From NCBI GenBank assembly GCA_964016885.1, contig OZ024743.1:327298001-327362000 (forward strand): a DNA stretch of 64,000 nt, given 5' to 3'. The notes beneath the pieces are model-generated. The model was not told the origin of the DNA. It ran no database searches and saw nothing but the letters and a program-made list of their open reading frames with translations. Shown piece by piece: positions 1 to 12,600 of the stretch (positions within the stretch are counted from its first letter, which is position 1; the number at the start of each line of letters is the position of its first letter). This stretch comes from Eledone cirrhosa (taxonomy: Eukaryota). The position numbers and the translations under genes were made by a program.

Positions 1-130
1 CAATAGCTGGGGGATAACCCTGCGATGGATTGGAGTCCTGTCTAGAAGGGGCGGGGAGTCTTGTACTCTCAGTCACTCCATGCCATGGAAACTGGGATAA
101 GTCTGCCTCCGGGCTTGAGGCAGACTTGAA
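1..130 (+). mobile_element. SINE 3' portion
   Basis: gggggataaccctgcgatggattggagtcc...catgccatggaaactgggataag, a central/3' motif I recognise from metazoan tRNA-derived SINEs. Confidence 0.5.
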
Positions 131-349
131 TTTTAACTTTTTAAGGCTATGTTAGAAGACACCTAGCCAAAGTGCAACTTGAAACAATGTAGTTGCAAGG
201 TGAACTTCTTACCTGAAGAGCACCCAGTCGTAAACAACTACTCTAACAAAAAAACTAAGGTAAATTTGTTGTATAAATTTACCAAAACTACATGTTAGTG
301 TAGAATATAATAACGAATTTAAAGTAGGAAAAAACAAAACAACACATAC

Positions 350-392
350 ATGAGCCTCCCCTCTTGGCCCGTCGGACACTAATTCGGTGTGC
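350..392 (-). CDS. 43-nt internal exon, AHRISVRRAKRGGS (furin-type site), probably the next exon of the type II TM gene
   Basis: Strong acceptor ttttgttcttttcttttcag and donor gtatgt. The phase-0 reading gives R-R-A-K-R and matches the phase-0 donor at 21990. The exon ends in phase 1. Confidence 0.6.
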
Positions 393-1149
393 CTGAAAAG
401 AAAAGAACAAAAATAAAGCATAATTACAGTATTTGTAATTTTAAATGAGAATATTTTATTTCACTGTGATACCTTACCAGTTCAAAGTGAGATTAAGGAT
501 CTCAAACTGAGATAAATACAAAAGATTTATTTAACAGAAATTATAACACAAAAACACTATAACATTATTTATGCGTTCTTTACAGACCTGCCAACCTCTA
601 AAAACCCAAACGGAGTACCATGAAAAAAAGTGCCCCAAAACGGGGAAGAAATGAGGCAAAATTTACATAATGAAAGCTATATCCATTTTCACAAGAGAAG
701 ACATCTCTCACCCACCCCAAAGTGGGTGGGAGATCTCCCTGTCCAACAGAGAGAGTTATAGGAAGAATGAGGAGTCAAATAATTACTTATACCTTTTAAT
801 AACTATAAGTTGAAATATCTAAGGACTTTGTTATTACAAACAATTATAAGAAAATACCTTAGTCGATGTGTTGTTTCAAACACCATTTTTCTTTTGCCGT
901 TCAACCACTAGCCAATATGTAACGACAACAACATAATTACGGCCTGGCCAGCACCTCAGCCAGTCGACCGTACCTTCTTAATTTGTTTATTACTTTGTTT
1001 GGCATGCCAGCTCAACCTTTGTAATCGGCTTGTAAATAAATTATGTTAAAACATTGTAAAGTCTTGTGATGCTATTACCACAGCCATAGCCTTTAAATGT
1101 GAAATGGAAAGATCCTTTCCAGAGTTATTATCACACAGCAACAGAACCT

Positions 1150-1345
1150 GTGAATTGGCAGCATCGGTAAAGCGTCAGACACCATGCTGTACAGCATAGA
1201 GTCATGTCCCTTTACGTTGAGTTCAAATCCCGCCAAGGTTAACTTTGATTTTTATCCTTAATGGGTCTATAAAATGAAGTACCAGTAATGCTCTGGAATA
1301 ATTGCTGGCCTTGTGCCAAAATAGAAACAATTATTATTATTATTG
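1150..1345 (+). mobile_element. tRNA-derived SINE, family A (tail ccttgtgccaaaagtagaaacaa(tta)n)
   Basis: A-box-like tggcagcatcggtaa and B-box gagttcaaatcc. Homologous to copies at 13315, 20800-21870, 27720, 31735 and 39305. Confidence 0.85.
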
Positions 1346-1559
1346 TCGTTGATACTATTATTACATGGCATAATATTATTTTTTTGCTAAATTGGTGACT
1401 ATTAAATAACTGCTATATTGGTGACCCCTGTTGATACAAATATTATCATTATCATAACTCTGCTAAAAGTGTATTACTCGATGCTCAATGTACCAACAAA
1501 TGAATGTTGTTATAAAATAAACATTGTTAACATCACAATTCTGGCATTATTCTTTCTAT

Positions 1560-1756
1560 CATTCATCCATAAAAGAATACATTTATCCACTACAAATGGT
1601 GACCGCCGACGTGATTCAAACCCAGTCTTCTCACATTTACCCACTATAAATGGTGACCCCGAGTTAAAACAACACATCCTTCTCGCTACAGAGTTGACAG
1701 ATCTGTGTTTTTCTTGGCCAAACAGTGAAGCTAAACAATTATCTTTCGAAAAATGA
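1560..1756 (+). mobile_element. LTR-retrotransposon (Gypsy-like) LTR end/primer-binding-site remnant
   Basis: ccactaca followed by tggtgaccgccgacgtgatt (1597) and again tggtgaccccga (1651). Both are complementary to the 3' end of eukaryotic tRNA-Trp. Confidence 0.5.
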
Positions 1757-1994
1757 TTGATGGATTACATTACATCTACCGTTTTTCGGCAATGATTCTT
1801 GTTTTCTTGCATGTATGTAGTCTAAATTTATTGTTTGCAATCGTCAAATTAATATATTTGAATTGACTAATGTCCTTGTAGTTCAATCTACAATCATAAT
1901 GTGTGAGCTGACTGTAAACAACACATCTTTGTTCCACGTACACTCGATGGTGCTTGTAAAGTATTACAACAATCACTTTAGAAAATAAGCACTT

Positions 1995-2210
1995 TTGTCA
2001 AAAATCGGCTGCTCTCTGATAAGTCTGTGGTTGAGCCGGTGACAGTGGAGACTGCCGGCGTTCTTAACCCACGACCATATCCTTTGTCACTGCTATCGGA
2101 GCGGAGTTGGCTTCCCACAGGTGCGAACCTCGCGAGGTATAGTGACTATAATGTTTTATTGATAGAAACTTCCAATAAAGACCAAGCTATACAAGGGAAA
2201 TAACTCCCGT
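1995..2210 (+). mobile_element. CRE-clade non-LTR retrotransposon, decayed endonuclease C-terminus
   Basis: Translates across a frameshift as EPVTVETAGVL / PTTISFVTAIGAELASHRCEPRE, matching the CRE RLE motif PVAxETxG...LGxxL...GxxRE. Confidence 0.6.
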
Positions 2211-2559
2211 CAGTCGTTAGAGCTTCGGTCAATGATTAACAGTATTTGGTCTAGCTCTTTACTTTCTGCGTTCAAATCTTTCCGAGGTCAACTTTGCCTT
2301 CCAATAAAGTACCAATAAACTATTGGATCGGTATAATCGACTTTCCCCTCCCCACAAATTACTTGTGACGTTTTTTTAATTTCTTACAGAATAAAAATGT
2401 AAACACAAATATAAACAAAAGATTATTGCTAGGAATCTCACAAATATGATGCACAAAAATATATGATCAAAGCGAGAGAAAAAGAAAAGGAACGAAATAA
2501 ACAAACAAAAACAACCAACAATTCACAACCGAATGCAACAATCGGCTGCACACAACTAG

Positions 2560-3150
2560 GGTCAACGGAAAATTTTGAGGCAAGCCAACACGATCACAGC
2601 ATTACTGCAGCTGATGGTGAAACAACCAGGTACCTTCACGGGTATCACCTGATACATAAGTAAGCCGTGCTGCCAACGATGACATGAGCTTGGCTGTCAG
2701 CAGCCCAGCTCCACCAAACGTCTCAAATGCTACAGGCTGGAAAGATTGCTTATTTGATTATTTTCAGTATTTTAGTATTTTATTCCGTTCAGCAACAGAA
2801 ACAGTAACCTTCATATTTACTGTGGCATCCATGATGTGGGAGGGAGTAAAAAAGTAACTGATTGTGGCATCTCAGATGGAATATCTGGTCTCTTCCCATC
2901 AATTCTGGATAATCCAGCCAGTTCCAGAACTGAGGGGATATTTACATGTACTAGGGCCCACTTAATAGTCAGGTTTAGATCGGTGTAGCAGATGAAGTGA
3001 CTAGCATTCAGGTGGCAGGACAAACCATGGAGGCATGTGGAGTCGAGGGATCTACCACAGCGACATCTCAGAACCCTACAGACATCAGCTCCCACTCGAA
3101 GTGCAATGGAGATGCAGAGCTCATCCAGACTGAGAAGACCACTCTAGTCA
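2560..3150 (-). mobile_element. CRE-clade non-LTR retrotransposon 3' fragment (Zn knuckle + restriction-like endonuclease)
   Basis: CRCGRSLDSTCLHGLSC...NIPSVLELAGLSRIDGKRPD, then FQPVAFETFGGAG...SGDTREG. Confidence 0.85.
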
Positions 3151-4035
3151 CCCAAGAATTTTGTGCTGGTGACTAAATTAGAAATCATTATTTGACTTAC
3201 TGTGATTGAAAGTGAATGGTTTTTGTTTGTTTTGTTGCGTATATTATCATAGTGTCTTGTTCTCTGAATCATAAGACTTCCATGCTACATCACTATGTGA
3301 AGATACATTACCTTAGTTAAATTAAGTTTAAGTGAAACGACAAGGTTGGGAGAATATGAATGGAATGGACCTCTGTGGAACAGCCTGCTTGTTAAATTAA
3401 CAACTGGCTGAGAATTCCAAAGACATTAGTATGCTATATACCAGGATTACTGTATATATAAACAATCATACAAACTGAGAATTTTAAAGTTTTATAAATT
3501 AATGGTTTGCATAAGAGAAACCCTATATTTTATGTTCATTACTGACTCGTGGAAGGGATTAAAGATAAGAATGATGTTTTAATAATTTCTAGTATATAAT
3601 TACATAAATTCTCAGCATATATGTACAAATTGCATACTCGATTATGAGTAACATTGAAGAAATAACTTACAGGGACAAATGTAGAGATAGAACCCAAGAC
3701 CTTGTGATTGGAAAGCAAACTTCTTATTGTAACAACATTACTGAGATAGGAAATACATTGTATATATGTTTGTAAATGTTATAGAGTTTCAGATGGAAAT
3801 ATACAAGCATGTATTATATTAATATGGTTGATTAATTGGAAAATTCAGCATGACAGAGTATGACATAGCTGACCCTATCCAACTGACTTCCAATTAGTTT
3901 CCATCTACCCAATTTCACTCACCAGCCTTGGGTCAATTTGAAGCTAAATGACCCTTGCCCAAGATGTGAGATTGAATCCTGGACCTAATGATTGCAAAGG
4001 AAACTTCTTATAGACTCACCCTACTTTAGGATATA

Positions 4036-5026
4036 CTAGCAGAATGGCCTGGCGTTGCTTAGGACTCTAAACATAGATTGGCATGTTTATCCCTCCTTTC
4101 TGAAACAGTACAGAGAAGTACGGAATAACTCGGCCTTGCGACCGTTGAATAGCAGATTCCACTGATGATTCATTAGCCCACCTTTTTCTTTTTCTTGCCG
4201 CTTTTGCAGTATTTCGGTCAATGGAGTATCTCTTCTTTTGAGGCATGACCTAAAAGAAGGACGAAGTACACTAACATTAACTGGTAGAGTAAGGAGTAAA
4301 CTCGTCAGTGATGCATGTGATTTCCAAACCATTGACTATGTAATTGCTGGCCTTGTGCCAAAAGTAGTGGGACTTTTTGGGTGGCATATCGACAGTAACA
4401 ATGACGATAAGCCGTCTGTACTTTTGTGAAATAAATACGTTTGTTTATATTTTGTGTTTTTGTGTATGAAAAAATATCTGTACACGAATATATATATATA
4501 GATATATATATATATATATATATATTGAAATAACAGATTAAAGTCTAAGCAAAGAATCGCTGCTTTCACCCTTAACAGGATCTTCTGAAACTAAAAAAAT
4601 CAATCTGTGAACGCAGAAGTAAATATTTCGAAAAACGTTGCAACCGAAGGAAGACAGGAAGACGATACTTTGGTTCGTGAAGACATTCCCTGGCAATGAA
4701 CGGAAAATAGCGAAGATAATATGTCAGCAATAAGAACAATATTTGTCATAATGTCGTAATGCAGACAGCCAGACATACAGACATATTATAAGGGCGCGAT
4801 GTTATAGCTATGTATCTATCTACAAAGACAGACTAAGAAAGACAGAGAGATCGCAAACCGGCGCCTTATGCGGTCCCTAGAGCATTGAAAATCTGAAATA
4901 ATTTTTGCTCAAAACACTCACACCACCATAAGTATTACACGTGTAAAGTTTGAAAAAAATTGGTTGGGTGGTTCTCGAGTTTTAGGGAGTCAGACAGACA
5001 GACATTCTCTGTTTTAGATATAGAGA
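4036..5026 (-). mobile_element. Non-autonomous Helitron
   Basis: Minus strand starts a|TC and ends in a GC-rich subterminal motif followed by CTAG|t. The first ~110 bp and the 3' end match the element at 55067-55679. Confidence 0.75.
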
Positions 5027-5609
5027 TTAAATTAAATTAGCTGACCTGTTCATCATCAAATCATCTCACTTGTACTTTCTTTCTTTTAACTTTATGCTAC
5101 CGTATTGGATAAGTTATAAAATTTATATAAGTGAGAAAAAATGTTCATTTTTCTCCTGATTGTATGCCAGTTAGAATCATATCTGACAAGCTTCTTCCAC
5201 TCAACGATTCTCTATGCTAAATATATTCTTTCAGACATTGAGATTGATACAAATAATTATGCACCAACAAGCTATTTATGATTTGGTTTTGCATACATTC
5301 ATATTTACATTTAAAAATTAATACATTACATTAGTTTATTTTCTCTAATTAATATGTTAATTTTTCTTTCATTAAGTTACATCAATCTTATAAAGTATGA
5401 ATAAATAATAGGATATTTTATTATGCAGCTTTTCTCATTATTTGATAAACCCTGTTTTGTTTGTTTTTTAATTGTTTCTGCACATTTTTACCTAAATGTA
5501 ATTAGTGATGGCTGTATATTTATCACCACTACAGAATGGTAACTCCACCATTACCACTACATACCTAACCAATTAGCCATGCTGCATCCACTAAGTAGAA
5601 ATGTGAGTA

Positions 5610-5970
5610 TCTGGAGAGAAATCAAGCAACCATGTTTCGTTGGATGTGCAATGTAAATGTGAGAGAAAGGCAGAGCTTGGATGAGCTGAGGGAGAGGCTG
5701 GGTTTAAGGGGAATCCGAGATGGTATACATGAAAGAAGACTGTGTTGCACATGGACAATGACCGGTAATCCCAGTGGAAGGAAGTTGCAGTAGAGGACGA
5801 CCAAGAAAGACCTGGGCAGAGGTTGTGTGAGCAGATCTCAAATCACTAAGACTGGCAGAGGAGATGATGAAGGAACGCGACAAGTGAAGAGATGCCGTGC
5901 CGAGAAGGAGCTGTCCAATCCATGCAAGCATGGAAAAGCTGACGTAAAAATGATGATGAGGATGATGATA
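5610..5970 (+). mobile_element. RTE LINE 3' fragment
   Basis: LERNQATMFRWMCNVNV...RGRPRKTW and a (GAT)n tail. Confidence 0.85.
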
Positions 5971-6884
5971 ACTAATGTTAGAGAAATCCTTTTCACTGCT
6001 GGACAACATTTGTACTATTAACTACTAAACTGTTAAGGAATAGAACATAAGTGCCCCTGGGTGAACTGAGCCATGCCTTGCTGAAGGATGTCATTGCAAT
6101 GACTTTAGCATTAAAATTTGGACTCATGTTCATGTAGTGATAGTCCTATACCTAAACCTCATAGCTATACTGTATGTTATGGAGCTTTAGTTCAGCTCCG
6201 ATCAAGTGCTGGAAATAGGAAAAATTTCATCTCCCTGTCCTATTTCATGGCTTTGTGGTTAGAGTGTTGGGCTTACAATCATGAGGTTGTAAGTTTGATT
6301 CTCAGATGGGAGTTCGGCTCCTCTGTGTTTGGACCTTGTGTACATGTGTCTATGTTTACTAAAATATTCATTGAAGACACATGGCTGCTGTTTCTAGCAG
6401 GTAAAATGACCACATTTATTTACAGGAGTTCCAAATGAAAAAGATCGACATGTATAATAACAAACTGGCAAAGATTGAAGTTCATTGTCAGTGGCCCAGC
6501 TCCTGCATAAGCCACAGGCTGGAAAAACAGTTTGTCGATAATTTCCAATATTCCAAAATTTTATTCCGTCCGTTTACGGTAGCAGTGAACCTCGCATTTC
6601 CTCTAGAAAATAGTTATTTAACACAGATTTGACTGCTTTTTCTAGCAGGTAAAATGACCACATTTGTTTACAAGCACTCCATATGAACATGGTCAGCATG
6701 TGTAATAACAAATTGGGAAAGATTGAAGAATATGGGCATCGTTCCTCGTTATTTGGCTAAGTTATATAAACAGAAATACGACATAGATTTTATAGATAGG
6801 AATACCGACGGGTATACAACACTTTTGAAGGAGTAATGTGTGCTGATTTAAAAGTTAGCTGAAAAAAATGGAAAAATTTGAGTC

Positions 6885-8015
6885 CCATTTCCACAATCTG
6901 GTGGGCTCTTCGGAAATTAGGGGTAGATGAGTTGTTTGTGAGGGCACTTCAAGCCATGTACAGAATAGCAGTCAGCAAGGTTAGAATTAATTATAAGTAT
7001 AGTGAGGAACTTAGTGTGCTTGTTGGGGTTCACCTGGGCTCTCTTCTTAGCCTTTTCCTGTTTATTACCGCCCTCCAGGCTATAACAAAAGAGTTTATAA
7101 CTGGCTAAACATGCCGATGACGTAGTCATAGCTGAATCTATAGTAGAATTAGAGAAGAAATACCTGACTTGGAAGCAAAACTTGGAATCAAAAAGTCTTA
7201 AAGTCAACTTGGCAATGACAAAAATCATAGTAAGTAGAAAGGAAAACAGGGTCCTGATCCCTCCACATGGAACAAGCTCTATAAAAGGGCTCTGTAGAAG
7301 TAGTTGAAAACTCCTATTACCTGGGTAACCTAATTAGTGATGGAGATGGATGTTTTGGAAGAACAGTAGCCAAAGTAAGAATGTGATGGAAAAAGTTTAG
7401 GGAACTACTACTGTTTTTCCCTCCAAATGTAAGGCAGATTGTATGATGTTTGTGCATGAACAACAATGCTGCATGGAAGTGAGACCTGAGTGCTATGTGC
7501 AGAGAGCCTATGAAAATTGGAAAGATTTGAAGCTTGCATGTTCTGATAGATGTGTAATAGTAGTGTACATGAAAGGTGATGCATTTATAAACTGAGAAAG
7601 AAACTGGGCATAAGAGGGATCAGATACAGTATGCAGGATAAGAGATTGCAGTAGTATGGACATGTGATGCCTATGGAGTAATGACAGCTATATAAAAGGG
7701 TGCAGGGCACTTGATGTTGATGGAAAATATGGAAGAGGAACACCTAGGAAAGTTTGAGATGAAGTAATAAAACCTGACCTCACACAATTAAACCTCTCAA
7801 AGGGGATGACACAGAATTGAGATCTCTAGCGATATGCAGTGCTGTAGAAGACTGGTCTTCCAATGTGTACATGATGTTTGGAAAAGGTTTAAATCATTGA
7901 TGCTTGTTCCTTCAATTTCCCCTGTGCATCTTTTACAAACAAAGTCTTCCCTTCCTGTTAATCTAGTTGTTATCCCACTACATCTCTTGTGTACCCAAGA
8001 CTTCCATTGTGTATA
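6885..8015. mobile_element. RTE LINE RT/3' fragment (+, 6885-7870) abutting an inverted RTE fragment (-, 7870-8015)
   Basis: IWWALRKLGVDE...GVHLGSLLS...HADD on the plus strand; WVHKRCSGIT...CKRC on the minus strand. Confidence 0.85.
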
Positions 8016-8017
8016 TA

Positions 8018-9272
8018 TTGTTTTGGCCAAAAAGTCTGTTCGGTTTTTGTTGACACTAAACTTCAAGCATTCTAATATGTAGCTAACTTCAGTTTGTTCC
8101 TTGTACATGTGGACTTGTTAGATTCTTGACAGTTCAAAGTAGTTTGACACAGACTTGCAACATGACGAGTTGTATTTTGTGTGCTTTGATCACACTGAAA
8201 ATGAAGAACCAAACTGGATATTATTGATATTTCATGCTTTATGATTTAAAAAAAAGGCAAGAAAATGACAGAAACCTTCAGGAAGATATATGCTGTGTAT
8301 GGAAAGGATGCTGTTATAGAGCGTGTGTGCCAGAAGTGGTTTCAAGATTTTGATCAAGAAATCTTTTGGCTCAAGATGAACCTTGCTTTGGTCAGTTAAC
8401 TGAGATTAACAGTGACAAAGTGAACAAGTTAGTCAAGACCTACCCCCTTTATACATCCAGGATGTTTGCAGATATTCTTCAAATATTCAAATCAAGTGTT
8501 GAAAATCATCTGCATCAACTTGGTTACGTCAGCAAGCTCGGTGTTTGGGTCCTACATCAATTGACTAAGGCTAACCTCACCCAACAGATTTCTGCAATTT
8601 GTTGCAGAAACATGAATAAAATAATCCTTTTTTGAAGAGAATAATGACAGGGGGCGAAAATGGATAATTTATTATAATGTGAAGCACAAACGATCATGGG
8701 GGAGTCCGGCGAACCACCACAAACAACCTCCAAAACAATTTTACTTGAAGAAGGTATGCTTTCAATTTGGTGGGATTATGAGCTTCTTCCTACAGATATC
8801 AATTCGGATGCATACTGTGACCAGCTGGACAAGTTAAATGCAGCAAGCTACCAGAAGCATCAAGCATTTGCTAATCATAAGAGCATTGTGTTTCATCATG
8901 ACAATGCCAGATTGCACACTTCCTTGCAGATGCAACAGAAGTTACTTTATTGGGGCTTGGCTGGGAGGTTTTGGCATACCCTCCATATTCACTTAATCTT
9001 GCACCTTCAGATTTCCATGATTCAGTCTCTTCAAAATTCATTGAATGAACACTTTCAACTCAGAAGCGGATGTAAAAATACAGCTGGAAGGGTTTTTCAG
9101 CAGTAAAGACAGGACATTCTTTGAGCAGGAAATAATGGATCTGTCCACAAGATAGCAGATGATACAGGAATGAAATGGTAATTATATCATTGATGGAATA
9201 AATCACTTTTTTGTTTAAAACTTGTGTCATATTTTCGCTTAAAAAAACCAACAGACATTTTGGTCAATCCAA
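8018..9272 (+). mobile_element. Mariner DNA transposon, full length but decayed
   Basis: Imperfect TIRs (ttgttttggccaaaaagtctgttcggttttt / aaaaaaccaacagacattttggtcaatccaa) flanked by TA. Transposase motifs VYGKDAV..RVCQKWF, EKWIIY, HHDNARLH and PYSxxLAPSDFH, with frameshifts. Confidence 0.92.
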
Positions 9273-9312
9273 TATATGTATGTTGTGTATAGTCGCTCCT
9301 GAGTGTTACCGG

Positions 9313-9480
9313 TAACATGTAACCCAGTACAACATGTCACATGGCTGGGTCATCGATAACTAAGCCAGCAACCTCATCAAGCTTGCTTGGTGAGGAGGGT
9401 GATTGGACACCCTGCAGGATGAAAAAACCAAACCTGACGAAATGTGGAGAAATCATGAGGATCAACAGCCATCCAATAGT
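9313..9480 (+). repeat. Dispersed repeat, probably LINE 5' UTR-derived
   Basis: Clear homology to 54034-54200 (acatgtaacccagtacaac...ggtgaggagggtga...acaccctg...gatgaaaaa). Confidence 0.6.
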
Positions 9481-9699
9481 GTGTACATATGTAAATATTG
9501 TATTAGTATGTAAATATGGATATATGGGTGTATGGGGGGTTGTTTGCATATTTTATTGTATGCATTTTTTTAAACTTTAAAATTTTTATATAATTTTTTT
9601 TAAATTTCATTTTATCTTATTTATATATTTAACCTATTATCTACTAATAATCTTTTTTTGAGAGAGAAGGAATAACCAGCAACCAATCATCTTGCATCT

Positions 9700-12600
9700 A
9701 CTTGTCGATGGATCCTGGTTGTTAATAACTAGAGAGATGCATGTGTCTATCACAAACACATGCTACTTTGATCTCCTTGTGTAGATATCTTTTGTGGTGA
9801 TGAGGAAGCAGTGACGTATACAGTTGCTAATCTACACACAGGCGGCTTAAGGCTTATCTAACTTCATTGTCAGTTTTCAGAATAGGAACTGGATTGGGTG
9901 GAGTCTTGCGTTTGAGCAGCCCTTTCAAGGGAGAACATTGCTCACCCAAATCTTTGGAGTGGTTTAGAAAAGGTGACCCAAATATTGTCTGTTCCACCAT
10001 CAAGCTGGTCAGCTACCTGCGACTGATGGCTGTTCATACCGGCAGAAAAAACAAGAAAAAGAATAGTAATTTTCAAAAGAATAAAATTGCATTGAAAGTT
10101 GCTACATGGAATATTGGAACACTTCTTGACAAGGAATCATCGACAAATCCAGAATGCAGAACTGCTATTGTTGGCAGAGAATTGAGCAGGTATAATATTG
10201 ATATAACTGCACTATATGGAATGGTGAAGGTCATCTATCAGAGAGGGGTGTTGGCTATATGTTCTTCTGGAAAGGGAAACCAAATGGTAAAAAAAGGAAT
10301 GGAGGTGTAGGTTTTGCTGTCGAGGCAGAGGTCACAAAGCAACTGGAGAAACCACAAGGCATTTGTGATTGAATTATGCATCTAAGAGGTCATCTTTCAA
10401 GGGGACGTTTCATTACTATCATTTCAGTGTATGCCCCTAGCCTGGATATTAGCCCGGAATCAATCATGGCTTTATACCAAGATTTACAAGGGTGTATAAC
10501 ATCAATTCCACATTCAGACAAGATTTTGCTTCTTGGAGATTTTAATGCATGTGTGGGAAAGGACAACCACATCTGGAATGTTTTGGACATCATGGCATGG
10601 GCATGATGAATGCCAATGGTCTTTTTTACAAATATGCACTGAGTTTGAGCTGGTCATGTGCAATACCTTTTTTCAGCAAGGCAACATGGACACACCCGAG
10701 ATACAAACATGGATAGATCTTGGATTATATCATAACCAGGAAGAGAAACCACCAGGATATCTGCTCTGTAAGCAGAATGTGGTACAGACCACAAACTTGT
10801 ATGAGGCTAGATAAAGGTGCATATCAAAAGAAAAGTGAGGGCAGCAGGGGAACAAGTGCCAAAATGTATAGATGTGTCCAAACTGCAAAGTTTAGAAATG
10901 GGAGATGCTCCTCAAAATGCACTTGACAATGTTATCTTTGATGGAACTTGGGAACAGTTTAAACAAATTTACAATGCTGGGGCTGATGCATTTGGTCTTA
11001 AGAAGACAAAACACAGTGACTGGTTAGATGATAATGATACTGCAATCACCATGCTCATTGAAGAGAAGTAAGTGCTTTGTTCCTGAGGGTCCAGTGAGGA
11101 CCACTTTTGTGAAGGCCTTCAAAGAAACAACGTAAAACTCAAGAGATGAAGAATAACTGGTAGTCTGAAGTTTCAGCAGAGATGCAGAGAGCTTATAACT
11201 GCAGACACTTGAAGGCATTATACAGCACAATAAGGCAGGTTTTGGGCTCACAGTCCAGAAAAATGGCACCATTGAAGTCAAAAGATGGGAATGTCCACAT
11301 CAAAGATCCAGCAGGAATCATGCCTCAGGGAACTGAACACTTTAAGGATCTGTTTGTTAACCTATCTGTAGTTGATGAGGAAATTATTAATGGACTGCTG
11401 CAAAAGGAGATTGTAACAGAGATGATGAATGATCTAATCATTGATGAGATAAGGTCTATTATCAAAGAGATAAACACAGGGAAAGCTCTAGATTTGGATA
11501 GAATACCTGTTGAGCTGATTCGCTTTGGAGGAGACAGTGTTGCTATGGCCATTCATTAGCTAGTCTTATCTGTAAGGCATGGTGAGCCTGTCCCGCAAAA
11601 CTGGGTAGATGCAATTTTGCTCTTGATTTACAAGGGCAAGAGTTCCATGTCTGAATGCAGTGATTATCGTAGTATAAGTCTGCTGAATTCAGTAGGAAGA
11701 GTCTTATCCAAGGTCTTGCTGAATTGTCTAATAAAATGGATCTGCCCTGGTACCACCCTTGAGACCAAATGTGGATTCAGAGCTGGTTCTATGGACATGA
11801 TTTTTTCAGCTCATCAGCTTATAGAGAAGTGTGTTGAACTTCAATGGGACACTTTCAGAGTCAATTTCAGTGGAAAATGGTGTCAAGCAAGGTGACATTC
11901 CTGCACCCACTCTGTTCTCCATCTACTTTGCTGTACTGTGACATACGCCTTTCAAGACTTTGAAATTGGTGTATACTTACAAATTAGAAACTTTGGTAAA
12001 GTCTTTAATCTAAGATGCTTTAACACTAAGTCCAAAACGCTTGGCACTCTTGTAAGGGAGTTCCTGTATGCTGATGATGCAGATTTTGTGGCACATGCAG
12101 TTGATATTGGACACCTCTAATGCATGTACTGTGTTTGGGTTAAATATTAGCATAAAAAGACAGTTAGGGAAGTGTATGTGGAGCCAGACATTTTCATGAG
12201 AGGAAAAAGATTTGAGGTGGTGGACAGCTTTGTGTATCTCAGAAGTACACTTAGTAGAGATGGTACCCTTGATGCTTAAATAGAACACAAGATTGTGAAA
12301 GCAAATCTTGCCTTCAGGAAGCTTGAGAAGTGAGTCTGATCAGATTGGGGTATCACAAGAAACACAAAGCTTTCTGTGTATGAGGTCTGTGTTCTTATAG
12401 CCCTGTTATTTGAATGCAAAATGTAGACAACTTACATGCATCACATCAGGCCACTGAAAAGGTTTCATCAGCATTGTATCTGATGCATCAAATGATCCTC
12501 TTACGTACCTGATGCTGCTGTACTTGAGAAAGCAGGCAGCACCAGTATTGAGAGGAGGATTATTATGAACCAGATGCATTGGGCTGGTCATGTGGTCAGG

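Noticed and set aside
2000-2140. CpG-rich stretch as a promoter or first exon
   Set aside because: Better explained as a CRE retrotransposon fragment.
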